DNA of 64,000 nt from Squalus acanthias (GCA_030390025.1 CM059432.1:112718001-112782000); one strand, 5' to 3'. Numbered from the stretch's first letter, positions 39,443 to 50,794 are shown. The notes: generated by a model not told the origin, from the letters alone. Numbers and translations are program-made.

Positions 39443-40852
39443 CTAATCACCCTTGTGCAATCCCTCAGTGCCTGTCATTCGGGTGCCCTTTCCCATTCTA
39501 GTGCTCCTACGCAGTGCTACCCCAGTGGCTGCAGCATGGCTGCTGGAAGGCTGCTGAGTTTCCCTGGGGGAGACTGAAGATGGCCTTGCAGGACAACATC
39601 GAGCAGCTCCGGCCCTAGAAGGCCCGTCTGTAGACTGCACCACCTCGGCATGGGCAGCAGCAGTCTGGACTGGCTGGCTGACAGACAGTGGCAAGGGCAA
39701 TGGCAGAGTGGCAGTGGTGGGAACAGGAATGCTGTCATCCTGAGAGAGGACAGCAGGATCCTACTCCACTGACCCACTGTCACTCCCCCGACGCGGCGCC
39801 TCAGCATTCCTAGCAATTTGTTGGAGCACAGATTGCTGGGCTGCTGCAACAGCCTGCAAGCCCTGGTTGACAGTGGTGAACCCAACCACAATGGCAGCAG
39901 TCTGAGCCTGGGTGGCAGCAAGCTGAGACTGCCTGAGAGCGGTCTGCGCTTCCGCTGCAGCACTGAGACATTGGGTCACTTCCGCCTGTGCTGCAATAGC
40001 AGCCGCGACATCGCCCATCACACGCAGCAACATGTCTGGGTCGACACGGACTCTTCGGGAGTTTACCATTATTTCCAGCCTGGAAGTCCTAGGCTCCAAG
40101 CTCAAGCTCTGTGCAGTGCCCCGTGCACTGTTGGAGGCGGATTCCTCTATGCTCCTTAACATTGCTCTCTGCCAGGCTTGCACCTATCATCTCCGTGTGC
40201 ATGCCCATCACCCTTCTTCTGAAGGCCGCTCCATCGAGGTCCTCATCTGAGTCCTGTGCAGCAGAACTCACGCACAAAGTCACCCTCTGGGGAGCTGGCC
40301 CCCGAGCTACCCTTTCCCCCCGGCCTTGCTGCAGCCCACTCGTGCCCAGTACCTCACCCTGTGCAGATCTCACTTCTACACTAGCCTCTAAAGTATGTGC
40401 AGTGCCAGTTTCTGAGTTGGTGTCTGCGAGTGACAGATGCAGTGACGCTGTGTCTTCTTCATCTTCTTCTCCCCCCCCTCGCTCTCCTGCATCGCCTTAG
40501 GGGCAGGCTGCTCGAGTGCTTGTTGTTGATTAGCTGAAAGCAGAAAGGCACAAGAGTCAGGTTATAGTGAGGGGAGGGTGGGGGAATGCAAGATATGCAT
40601 GCATCAGCAACTTGAAAGTGAGAAGAGATTGTGGGATGAGGGGTAAGTGGGATGTGAGGAGAAGGATAAGGAATGAGCATACCGTTGTTCTCCCCAAGGG
40701 CTTCAACCTCGTCGGTTGCCACCGCCTCCATGATTTGCCGCCCAATGATCTCCAGCACTCTCTCCTTCAGGTGGGTGAGGTTCTGTATTGCGACTTGCCG
40801 CCCCCCACGCCTGTCTGCTGCTGCTCCCTCCTGTTATGCGTGATCTTGGCCT
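39443..40852 (-). pseudogene. Harbinger ORF2 (Myb/SANT-type accessory protein), C-terminal exons, copy A, convergent with the transposase
   Basis: Paralogous to 3846-5420 and 42573-44730 (DSDEDLDG..RRVMGMH, LRSIEES, QLAATQAQTAAI, QQSVLQQI). The first exon is lost at the L2 junction. Confidence 0.78.
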
Positions 40853-40911
40853 GCAAGAGAAAGGGAAGTGCGTCAGTGAGTGTGGTGCAATGTGTTTGGG
40901 TGATGTGCCTC

Positions 40912-41433
40912 GGTTTTAAGGAATGTTTTAAAAGAGGAAAGAGAGGCAGAGAGGTTTAGGGAGGGAATTCCAGAGATTAGGGCTTAGGCAACAGAAGGCA
41001 CGGCCACCAAAGGTTGAACGATTATAATCAGGGATGCTCAGGAGGGCAGAATTAGAGGAGCGCAGATATCTCGGGGGGTTGTGGGACTGAAGGAGATTAC
41101 AGAGATAGGGAGGGGCGAGGCCATGGAGGGATTTGAAAACAAGGATGAGAATTTTTAAATCGAGGTGCTGCTTAACCGGGAGCCAATGTAGGTCAGCGAG
41201 CACAGGGGTGATGGGCGAACGGGACTTGGTGCGAGTTTGGGCACGGGCAGCCGAGTTTTGGATGACCTCAAGTTTACGTAGGGTAGAACGTGGGAGGCCA
41301 GCCAGGAGCGCGTTGGAATCGTCAAGTCTAGAGGTAACAAAGGCATGGATGAGGGTTTCAGCAGCAGATGAGCTCATGTCGGGTGGAGATGGGTGATGTT
41401 ATGGAGGTGGAAATAGGCTGTCTTAGTTATGCT
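40912..41433 (-). mobile_element. L2 LINE 3' ORF2 fragment
   Basis: SITKTAYFHL..AETLIHAFVTSRLDDSNALLAGLP..LEVIQNSAAR..ITPVLADLHWLPV..KILILVFKSLHGLAPPYL, the classic L2 C-terminus. Confidence 0.9.
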
Positions 41434-41885
41434 CCTCCAGAGTGGTCCAGGCAGCAGAACCGTTGCTTCAGCACCCCAGTGGTCTGCTCTATGATGTTTC
41501 ATGTGGCAGTATGGCTCGCGTTGTACGCATGCTGGCCATGTGTGGTTGGGTTGTGGAGCGGAGTCATGAGCCAGGTAGTTAAGGGATAGCCCTTGTCGCC
41601 CAGCAGCCGGCCTCTGGTTTGATGTGGTGGCTCAAAGACTGAAGGAACAGCGGACTGGCGCAGAATAAAAGCATCATGACTGGTGCCAGGATACTGGGCA
41701 TTCACCATCATGATGTGCTGAGCATGGTCGCACACCAACTGCACATTCAGCGAGTGGGAGCCTTTGCTGTTGCAGTACATCTCAGCATTTAGAAGCGGCG
41801 CCCGCAAAGCCACGTGCGTGCAGTCAATGGCGGCCTGCACCACGGGGAAGCCCGCTATCCTGGCAAAGCCACATGCACACTCCAC
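41431..41885 (-). pseudogene. Harbinger transposase catalytic core, copy B, locally inverted
   Basis: GFPVVQAAIDCTHVAL..HSLNVQLVCDH..PGTSHDAFILRQS..LLGDKGYPL..WLMTP..*NIIEQTTGVLKQRF. All three DDE motifs are visible; one in-frame stop. Confidence 0.92.
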
Positions 41886-41886
41886 C

Positions 41887-42405
41887 GTGTCCAGATTCGT
41901 GGTGGTCTGCTGTATGCTTCACAACCTGGCCATCATCACAGAATCCCCACAGTGCAGATAGAGGCCATTTCGGCCCATCGAGCCTGCACCGACACATATC
42001 CCACCCTATCCCCACGTATTTAATCCCCCCTAACACTAAGGGTCAATTTATCATAGCCAAATCAACCTAACCCGCACATCTTTGGACTGTGGGAGGAAAC
42101 CGGAGCACCCGGAGGAAACCCACGCAGACACGGGGAGAATGTGCAAACTCCACACAGACAGTCACCCGAGGCCGGATTCGAACCCGGGTCCCTGGCGCTG
42201 TGAGGCAACAGTGCTAAACACTATGCCACCGTGCTGCCCTCATGAGGGCACAGCCCTTGCCACCAGGGATACGGCCACCAGCTCAGGAGCAGAAAGAGGA
42301 GGAAGCAGAAGAAGAGGAGGAAGCGGAAGGAAGGAGGAAACCCAGACAACCCCTTTCTGGCTGGGATGTCCGGGATCGAATCAGCCGCCTGCGCTACCAG
42401 TGAAC
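41887..42405 (+). pseudogene. Harbinger transposase C-terminus, copy B, split by a SINE
   Basis: VSRFVVVCCMLHNLAI|MRAQPLPPG plus an acidic tail, matching 39032-39265. Confidence 0.8.
41937..42239 (-). mobile_element. tRNA-derived SINE, HE1/V-SINE-like, apparently full length
   Basis: The minus strand begins GGGCAGCACGGTGGCATAGTG (A-box-like) ..GGTTCGAATCC (B box). V-domain-like TGTGGAGTTTGCACATTCTCCCCGTGTCTGCGTGGGTTTCCTCCGGGTGCTCCGGTTTCCTCCCAC, then a CR1-type tail. TCAT is duplicated at 41933-41936 and 42240-42243. Confidence 0.9.
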
Positions 42406-42572
42406 GCAACCCCAATTCCCCATTCAACATTTGTCCTACACCTTAACTTACCTCTGTTCCTGACCATCACAGCGTCCTCTTGGCCACAATGCTGAAATAA
42501 AAGCCACCAGAAAGCAAACATTCCAATCCAACTTGATACATCTATCCATCCAACATTACATCAAAAGATCAA

Positions 42573-44730
42573 CTAATCACCCTTGTGCATTCCCTTAGTG
42601 ACTGTCTTGCGTGTGCCTTTGCCTATTCCTCGAAGAAGAGCAGGGAGGGGAATTATCCCTGGTGTCCTGGCCATTATTTATCCCTCAGTCAACATCACAA
42701 AGACAGATTATCTGGTCATTATCACATTGCTGTTTGTGGGAGTTTGCTGTGTGCAAATTGGCTGTTGCGTTTCCTACACTTCAAAAGTACTTCATTGGCT
42801 GTAAAGCGCTTTGGGACGTCCGGTGGTCGTGAAAAGTGCTACATAAATGCAAGGCTTTCTTTCTATAGTGCTCCTATTCCGTGATACCCCAGTGGGTGCA
42901 GCATGGCTGGTGGAAGGCTCCTGACTTTTAATGGGGGAGACAGCAGATGGGCCTTGCAGGACGATCTCAAGGAGTTCTGGGCTGAGTAGGCCCGGCTTCG
43001 CACTACACCACCTCGACATGGGCGGCAGCAGTCTGGGCTGGCTGGCTGACGGGCAACAGCAAGGGCACTGACAAAGTGGCAGTAGTGGGAGGACGGTTGC
43101 TGTCATCCTGAGAGAGGACAGCAGGGTCGTCCTCCACGGATCCACTGCCACTCCCCCGGGGCAGCGCCTCAGCAATCCTAGTAATCTGATGGAGTACAGA
43201 CTGCTGGACTGCTGTGACACCCTGCAAGCTCCTTTCAACACTGGTAAACCCAGCCATGATGGCAGCAGTCTATGCTTGTGTGGCAGCAAGCTGAGCTTGC
43301 AAGACTTCAGTCTGAGCTTCCATTGCAGCACTCAGACATTGGGTGGCTACTGCTCATGCTGCAATGGAAGCTGAGACTTTGACCATCAGACACTGCATGA
43401 TGGTTGGGTCCACAAGTGCGCTAATGGATCTGCCCAGCCCTTCCACGCTGGAAAGGATGGTCTCCAAGCTCTGCTCAAAGCCCTGTGGAAGGCTGGAGCT
43501 GGACTCCTCCATGTTCCTTAACACTGCACTCAGGCTTTCTGACAGGCCTGCCAATGCACCAAGCATTTCATTGTGCAAGCTGCCCCATCAAGGTCTTCAT
43601 CTGAGTCCTGTGCAGCAGACCACGTGTGTGGCCTCGCCCTCCAGGGAGCTGCCACCTGCGCTACCTTTCCCCCTGCCCTGGCTGTGGCCCACTCATGCCC
43701 GGTGTCTCACCACATGCAGATCCCGCATCTAACCTATCCTCTAAAGTACGCGGAGTGTCAGTGTTTGAGCTGGTGGCTGGGAGTATGAAATCAGGTGATG
43801 GTGTTTCTTTTTCTTCTTCTTCAGTCTCCTCCTCTCTCCTCATGTTGACCCACTGGCTGGGCAGGCTGGATTTCTTGGGTGTCTAAATGAGAAAGGCACA
43901 AGGGTAGGGTTGTGGTGAGAGGAGTGGGGGCGGGGAGAAATCAAGAGGTGTATACTTACACCACGTGCAATTTATAAATCAGAAAAGATCGTGGGATGAG
44001 GGCGAAGTGGGATGTGAGAAGGAGGATAACGTATGAGGATACCGGCATTCTATTCCTTCAGCCCCGGCGCTGGCCATGGGCTCAACCATGCCCCTGCCAA
44101 GAATGGCCAGCACCGTCTCCTCCATGGGGGGTGAGGTCATGCAGGCGAGCCTGCCCCCGCCAGTTAGGTTCTGTTGGCGCCTGTTATGCGCCACCTTGTC
44201 CTGTAAGAGAAAGGGAAGTGTGTCAGTGAGTGTGGTGCAATGTGTTTGGGTGATGTGGCTATCATGGATCATGGTTGAACAGCTTACACTTTGTGCAAGC
44301 TGTGAGATGTGGGTGTGAGGCTTGCAGCAGTGATAAGTGTGTGCGGGTGAGGTGAAGCTATGAATGTGAGGTGTGTGTCGTGTTTGGTAGAGATTGTTGG
44401 TAGGTGAGTATTGGGGGTGTGGTGCATTGAGCAGTGTTTGAGGCTAATGGTGCAGATGGTGGGATATGACATTTGAAGATGAATTCACTTACCATGCCCA
44501 CTGGTGTGAGGTCATTAAACTTCTTCCTGTAATGCATCCACGTCCTCGGGGCTAAACTGCTGACATTTACCACAGTGGCTATCTGCTCCCACTGCAGTCT
44601 GGCCTGTGGCCTGGAGGCCTCCTAGCCCCTTGAGGAAAGTGGACCTCTCTCCTGGAGTTGACCTCTGGGACCAAGGCTCCAGTGCTGCATCAGAGAACCT
44701 TGGTACACACTCTCTCCCCTGTTGTGCCAT
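42573..44730 (-). pseudogene. Harbinger ORF2 (Myb/SANT-like DNA-binding protein), multi-exon, copy B
   Basis: MAQQGRECVPRFSDAALE..RTWMHYRKKFNDL, then donor ATG|GTAAGT (~44490). Acceptor CCCTTTCTCTTACAG (~44201) precedes DKVAHNRRQQNLTGGG. Later acidic and coiled segments; frameshifts. Confidence 0.82.
42630..42864 (+). mobile_element. Deu-domain SINE 3' fragment with L2-type tail
   Basis: GAAGAAGAGCAGGG..GGTGTCCTGGCCA..GTAAAGCGCTTTGGGACG..ATAAATGCAAG(CTTT)n. Reverse complement of 44840-45090. Confidence 0.8.
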
Positions 44731-45320
44731 CATTATAACTTTCTTGTTCACTGTCTTCCCAGCCACTTCAATCACCTGTTGCAGGCAGAAGGCACCTCCC
44801 CTTTAAGAGATGCAGACTACCTTTAAGTAGTGCAGGGTGAAAGAAAGAAAGATTTGCATTTATATAGCGCCTTTCACAACCACCGGACGTGTCAAAGCAC
44901 TTTACAGCCAATGAAGTACTTTTGGAGTTTAGTCACTGCTGTAATGTAGGAAACGCGGCAGCCAATTTGCGCACAGCAAGCTCCCACAAACAGCAATGTG
45001 ATAATGACCAGATAATCTGTTCTTGTTATGTTGATTGAGGGATAAATATTGGCCAGGACACCGGGGAATAACTCCCCTGCTCTTCTTCAAAATAGTGCCA
45101 TGGGATCTTTTACATCCACCTGAGAGTGCAGACGGGGCCTCGGTATAATGTCTCATCCGAAAGACGGCACCTCCGACAGTGCAGCACTCCCTCGGCACTG
45201 CACTGGAGTGTCAGCCTAGATTTATGTGGTCATGATGCGGAGATGCCGGCGTTGGACTGGGGTGGACAAAAATGAGAAGTCGCACAACACCAGGTTATAG
45301 TCCAACAGATTTATTTAAAA

Positions 45321-45358
45321 TTACAAGCTTTCGGAGCTGTCGCCCCTTCGTCAGGTAA
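45321..45358 (-). ncRNA. Minimal hammerhead ribozyme motif (PLE family 1)
   Basis: Minus strand reads TTAC-CTGACGA-A-GGGGC(GACA)GCTCC-GAAA-GC-TT-GTAA. Confidence 0.75.
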
Positions 45359-45591
45359 AGTTACTGTGAGAGAATCTATCAGAATTCACAGAATATAAAC
45401 ACAGAGAAAATGCATAGATTAAATCTTTCCCTACATCAAAGACACACTAAGAGCACAGCCAAGACAATGAGATGTGTCCCAGGGGGTCCAACGCGTCAAA
45501 ACACCTGCTGACTGCATATCCTCTCCATTTTTTGTGTTTGTTTCTTGTGTTTGTTTTTTTTTAAACTGGAAAGACTGGCAACGATGTCAAG

Positions 45592-46239
45592 TCACGTTCT
45601 ATAGCGTGACATGAACCCGATATCCCGATTGAGGCCGTCCTCATGAGTGCGGAACTTGGCTATCAGTTTCTGCTCGATGATTTTGCGTTGTCGTGTATCC
45701 CGAAGGCCGCCTTGCAGAACGCTAACCCGCAGATCCGAGGCTGAATGCCCTTGACTGTTGAAGTGTTCCCCGACTGGGAGGCAACCATCCTGCCTGGCGA
45801 TTGTTGCGCGGTGTCCGTTCATACGTTGTCTCAGTGTCTGCATGGTCTCGCCGATGTACCATGCTCTGGGGCATCCTTTATTGCAACGTATCAGGTAGAC
45901 AACGTTGGCCGAGTCACATGAGTATGTACCATGTACCTGGTGGGTAGTGTCCTCACGTGTGATGACGGTATCTGTGTTGATGATTTGGCATGTCTTGCAG
46001 AGGTGGCCGTGGCAGGGTTGTGTGGTGTCGTGGTTGCTGTTCTCCTGACAGCTGGGTAATTTGCTGCGAACGATGGTACTTTTGAGGTTAGGCGGCTGCT
46101 TGAAGGCGAGTAGTGGAGGCGTGGGGATGGCCTTAGCAAGGTATTCGTCGTCATCGATGACATGTTGAAGGCTGCGAAGAACATGGCGTAGTTTCTCCGC
46201 TCCGGGGAAGTACTGGACGACGTAGGGTACTCTGTTGGT
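45592..46239 (-). pseudogene. PLE ORF fragment: Cys-rich linker plus GIY-YIG endonuclease (open frame, 5'-truncated)
   Basis: Manual translation: TNRVPYVVQYFPG..AFKQPPNLKSTIVRSKL..PCHGHLCKTCQII..YSCDSANVVYLIRCNKGCPRAWYIGETMQTLRQRMNGHR..GLNRDIGFMSRYRT*. No stop was seen over ~215 codons. Confidence 0.9.
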
Positions 46240-46327
46240 TGTGTCTTTGATGTAGGGAAAGATTTAATCTATGCATTTTCTCTGTGTTTATATTCTGTGA
46301 ATTCTGATAGATTCTCTCACAGTAACT

Positions 46328-46365
46328 TTACCTGACGAAGGAGCGACAGCTCCGAAAGCTTGTAA
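46328..46365 (+). ncRNA. Minimal hammerhead ribozyme motif (PLE family 1)
   Basis: TTAC-CTGACGA-A-GGAGC(GACA)GCTCC-GAAA-GC-TT-GTAA, with a fully Watson-Crick stem II. Confidence 0.78.
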
Positions 46366-46849
46366 TTTTAAATAAATCTGTTGGACTATAACCTGGTGTT
46401 GTGCGACTTCTCATTTTTTAGATTTATGTGCTCATTGGTAGCTTTAATTGGTGCTAGCCTCGCATGAACATGGGCCCCCTGCTGAGCGTTCAGTCACTCT
46501 GCAGCGCGTTTAGCGCTGGGCTGAACCCTGCAATCATGGAAATGAGCAGACAGCATGAAGTTGGTGTGTTGCCTGCAGTCCTTCGAACGGGCGCGAGTTG
46601 CCAACGCATCGCGATCCCTGCGCCCGTTTTCGGGGGCTACTGAATTTCTAGGTCATTGGGTCTTAAAATGTACAGGTTGGGACAGTGTAGCTTGTATATC
46701 CAGTTGAGACAATGACAATTGTAAATGAACAAACTGGTTTATTTTACATATATTAAATCAATGTACAGAATACGAGTCCAGGTGAGGGTAGCTTTTAATT
46801 TTATTTTTGCTTAAACTGATTAATTTGATGAGTTTCCTCTAAAGATAAG

Positions 46850-47585
46850 GGCCCGGAATTTGCAGTCCTGATGACGGCAAACTGGCAGCGTTCGCCATTA
46901 TTCCACCTTTGAAACTGACTGCAACTTCGGGATTTGGCGCATGCGCCGGAAACCCTGAAGTTGGAGTCTGTCATTCACTGCTCCTCCAAAGCATCCCCCC
47001 AACCCCACAGAGCCAGCAATCTGTGTAATCATCCCAAATCATTGAAACTGACGGAAACTTCAGCTCTCCCCCAGTAAGTAAGCTGTTAAATTCCCCACTA
47101 AAAGTTAGACCCAAAGGGATTAGGTGTAACTGGGGTTTTAACAGCGTATTGACTGCTAAACAAATGTTATCGGCCTGGAAAACTAATTTTAATTTTGTGC
47201 AGTGTAAAATTTGTCCATTTTAATGAAAATAATAATTTTTATGAAACTTTTAAACAAAAATTTAATTTTTTAAAAGTTTGTTCATCTTTATTTCAGCTTT
47301 GCCTTTTCCCCATGTGAGAGTCCCATCTTTGTTTTACTCGCATTTTTAAAAAGTTAGAATTTTCAGAGCTCACTCACTTCCTTGTTCGCTGTCTGTGAGA
47401 ATTCTGCGTTTTGATTGGCTGCTTAGACAGCCTGTTGACGCCACAGCAGCTCACACTAGGGGATCCCCACTACAGTCCGTTGATTTGAATTACGCATCGG
47501 AAAACCCCAACTTCTCAACACAGAAGCTTATCCCGGGGCCAGCGGTGAACGACTTTGCTTCGCCGCTGACTGCAAATTCCGGGCC
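46850..47585. mobile_element. MITE, Harbinger-type
   Basis: Perfect 18-bp TIR GGCCCGGAATTTGCAGTC / GACTGCAAATTCCGGGCC. AT-rich core; imperfect 3-bp flanks AAG/ATG. Confidence 0.85.
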
Positions 47586-49635
47586 ATGATAAATCATTTC
47601 ATTGGCCACGTGACAGCCATCATTTCGTGATTGTGAAAGTGAAATTAGATGATTATCACCTAGAAAGTAGCAGTTAGCAGTCAATAACAGTGCACTAGAG
47701 TGGTAGATTTTGATCAGATATTTTCTCCCATGGCCAGACCGAAAGGTCAAATCAGCTCCTCTGTCTCTCATCTTCCAACAGTTATAAAGGTAAAGCCAAA
47801 CTTTTTTTGCCATCTTCTCCCTTCCCATAGTTGGAGTAAGTTAGAGTTGGCAATCTGGATTTATTTTTATTGAGAAACCTGGGTGAAGGATCTAGGCCTG
47901 TACAGGATATCAGCTAAGAGAGAAGTAAAGGTAATTCAGGAAGTAATGAATAGGTGACAACATGCTTAGATTTTAAATTGAAAACACCTCTGCTAATTAC
48001 TGAGACTGAGTCCTGAAGGCATCAGGCTCAAGAGGCAAAAGACAGCGAGCACAAGGCAATTTCCACAGGTATACTGGAAAGTTGAAGAAATTAGTCTTGA
48101 TTTCAACTCATTGAGAAAAGCATGTTGGATCGTGTCCACAGGAGGAGAAAAATGAGAAGAGGAAAATGAACTTAAAAATAAGTAAATGCTGCATTGGTTA
48201 AATTCCACTTAGGCTCAGGGTGTAACACGTATCAAAACTGGAATGACAGAATTGCCATTGCCTTTTTTGTACAGTAAGTAAAGAACTTGAATAGTTTAAA
48301 TTTGATAGCAGACAGCAAAAACTGTAAACTGTGGCAGCTTGTAGTAAATAATCCAAATTATTCATTGATAGTCCTACATGATAAGTGGAGTAGAAAATCC
48401 TGCACTAAAATTAAAGTGGCCCTTGTCATTACTCCATTAATCAAACTGAGACATTCTGAAAAATGTTTTGTTTTGCACGCAGCCATCTATTTTCTTGTTA
48501 ATCTGCGCCTGTGGCAGGGTTTTCTGAAGCAAATGTTGAGCAGCGGTATCGGAGCCCATTGTTGTAGCCCCTGTCAGGAGGAGGAAAAGATGATGCAGGC
48601 CTGTGTTAGCCTGATAAGAGAAAGAGGATTCAAAATGGCTGCAGAGAGAGAGTGTCTGGGAGTCGAATCCACAGTTTTCGGAAGGAAAGAGAGCATTGGC
48701 AGGATAAAAAAAATGAAGTCATCGAGAAAAGAACCTCACACTATCTGCAAGTTGATAAACTATCAGAGTTGAAAACCCTTCATTCCCAGAATCCCTTTTT
48801 CTGTACCACACAAGACAAAACTCTGTCAGATCATAACCGATTACAGCTATGATGGATGAACAACAGAAAATTAAAGTATTTAGAAAAAATGCAGATTTGG
48901 CAAGTGTTAGTGTCCCTTATCGGGTCTAAAGTTGATAAAAGCCCTGATAAGGTATTAGGGAAAGTAGTCTGGAGTATGTCTGAGCAGAAGTAAATCAATC
49001 CTGGTGGTCCTTCACATATAGTGACTCTCAACTCCAAACACACAGAAATATCAGACCTCTTCTGCTAAACTAATTGGGAACGAGAAACATTCACTCTGCC
49101 TCATTTCTTGCCATTTTCAGCCATGATAAGGCTGATAAGATGGGGCATGTATGATTCATGAGATGTGACAGTAACCTTATGTCAGCCTTGAGCACAGTTT
49201 GGGTTATAGTACTGAAAAACACCCCAGTTCAGTCTATTGAAGAAGCTGTTTTGTTGGGCTGTTCACAGATGTTTAGTTTGTACGAGACATTGCTGAATCA
49301 CAAGTGTTGTTGGTATCCCAGGCTCTGAGAAGGGGTCGGACATAAAGCACTGCTACAAGTTTTAGTCTGCAAAACGGGCTGTGGGTTGATGGGGGTGGCT
49401 GTGACAGCTCATGCAGACTCATGTTGCTACACTAGGGCTGTTTGTTTTCATTCATTCTGAGAAAAGTTCTAAATGCTGCTTCTGACAGTCAGTTAAAAAA
49501 TTAAACCTCTTGCAGTCTGCTCAGCAATACTTCTGGTTAATGTGCAGAAAGGAGTTGCTGGTAAGTATCCGATCAGAAATATGACAGGCAATGTTTAATG
49601 ATGAAAATGTTGTGCAACTACTTTGCAAAGATATT

Positions 49636-50379
49636 GGCCCAGAAATTGATCTCGCTCTGTTCCCGCGGGGGTAAGCCTTCCCCGCGATCTCTCACCTCGC
49701 TTGTGCTTTTTCAGATCCAGCTCGCACGAACTTGATGTTCCAGACATCAGCCGGGCAGTGCTTGCGTATCCCACCGGCGTAGTGAATTCGTGCGAGCTGT
49801 GGGATCACGTGACTCAGTTAGAGCCAATGGCAGCACACCATCTTCCATTCATAAGTTTCACATACGTGCTGTGAAATCTATGAATCTTACACCCCCCCAA
49901 AATAACAGCTAAACCTCAATTAAATTTAAAAAAAAAACCATCACATTAATAAAATAAGTATAGTTAAATAAATTAACCATTTTAAATAAAAAATTAAATT
50001 TTTGAAAAAATTTAAAATCTTTTAAAAAGTTATAAAAATAAACTTACCTGTCTTTAAAGTCTCTAAAAAAGATATACCTGTAAAAAAAAATTCAAAAAAA
50101 TACTTAATTCACTACTTACCTTCTTAAAAGTGGGTCTTACTCCTCCTTTTTACATTTCTAAAATCTTCAGTACTTACCTGCGCGTCCAAAGCATGAAGTG
50201 CACAGCGTGCGCGCAGCCTGTAGCGCGCACGCGATGCACCGAGGAACCGCCCCCTTTTCAAAAGAGCAATTGCCGGTTTTCAGCGCATGCGCAGGGCATG
50301 CAGAAAACCGGCAATTGCAGAGGGAATACGCGAGAGTACGCAGTGCGTACTCTCGCGCACCGGGATGAATTTTTGGGCC
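49636..50379. mobile_element. MITE, Harbinger-type
   Basis: TIRs GGCCCAGAAATTGATC / GATGAATTTTTGGGCC with TSD ATT/ATT. CpG-rich ends and an AT-rich core. Confidence 0.85.
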
Positions 50380-50794
50380 ATTGCGTCTGTAATGCTGTAT
50401 TTTTTTCACAGCATGTAAATAACTCCCAGATTTTTAGGGGCCAAGTACAAAGTATTGCAATGCCAGACAATGATGAACATTTCAGCTATGAAACTATTCC
50501 TTGGGGTGAACTTTCCCCATGGGACGTGCATGGCTCTTCCTTATTTTAAGCATTCTTTCTGGTAGCCGTTGGTTTCTGTATATCTGTGTGTATGTGAATG
50601 TATATATTATTAAATATGAACAGTATTATTTCCATGCATTGCTCACAGTGGCAGCTCACTATAAAATAGTGACTGAGGCCACACTAATCTTAAACTATCA
50701 ATGTAAGCCACATATCTACCATTGTAAACATACCTAAGTTACATTCCTCATCTAAAATTGCCATTGTAAGCCACATAAGCAATAAACGATCTCA

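Larger units (their letters stand above)
45229..46418 (-). mobile_element. Penelope-like element (family 1), 5'-truncated, with an inverted terminal repeat
   Basis: Main arm 45229-46239 on the minus strand. The inverted arm 46240-46418 mirrors 45268-45446. 12-bp TSD TAGATTTATGTG (45217-45228, 46419-46430). Confidence 0.93.
44839..46434 (-). mobile_element. Deu-domain SINE (SacSINE1/AmnSINE-like), 5'-truncated, interrupted by a PLE at 45229-46418
   Basis: Minus strand reads GCCGTCTTTCGGATGAGAC..CCGAGGCCCCGTCTG..AAAGATCCCATGGCAC..CCCCGGTGTCCTGGCCAA, recognised as the Deu core. Ends in GCGCTATATAAATGCAAA(TCTT)n. Confidence 0.8.
41431..46654. mobile_element. PIF/Harbinger element copy B (left end missing) with nested SINEs and a PLE
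   Basis: Transposase and ORF2 remnants. The subterminal region 46435-46654 matches 5530-5711. TIR GAATTTCTAGGTC followed by ATT. Confidence 0.8.

Noticed and set aside
42165..42239. tRNA gene
   Set aside because: The A- and B-box-like motifs are the head of a SINE that continues into a V-domain-like core and a LINE-derived tail.
48287..48772. 161-aa ORF as a host exon
   Set aside because: No recognisable domain, a non-ATG start and no convincing splice boundaries.
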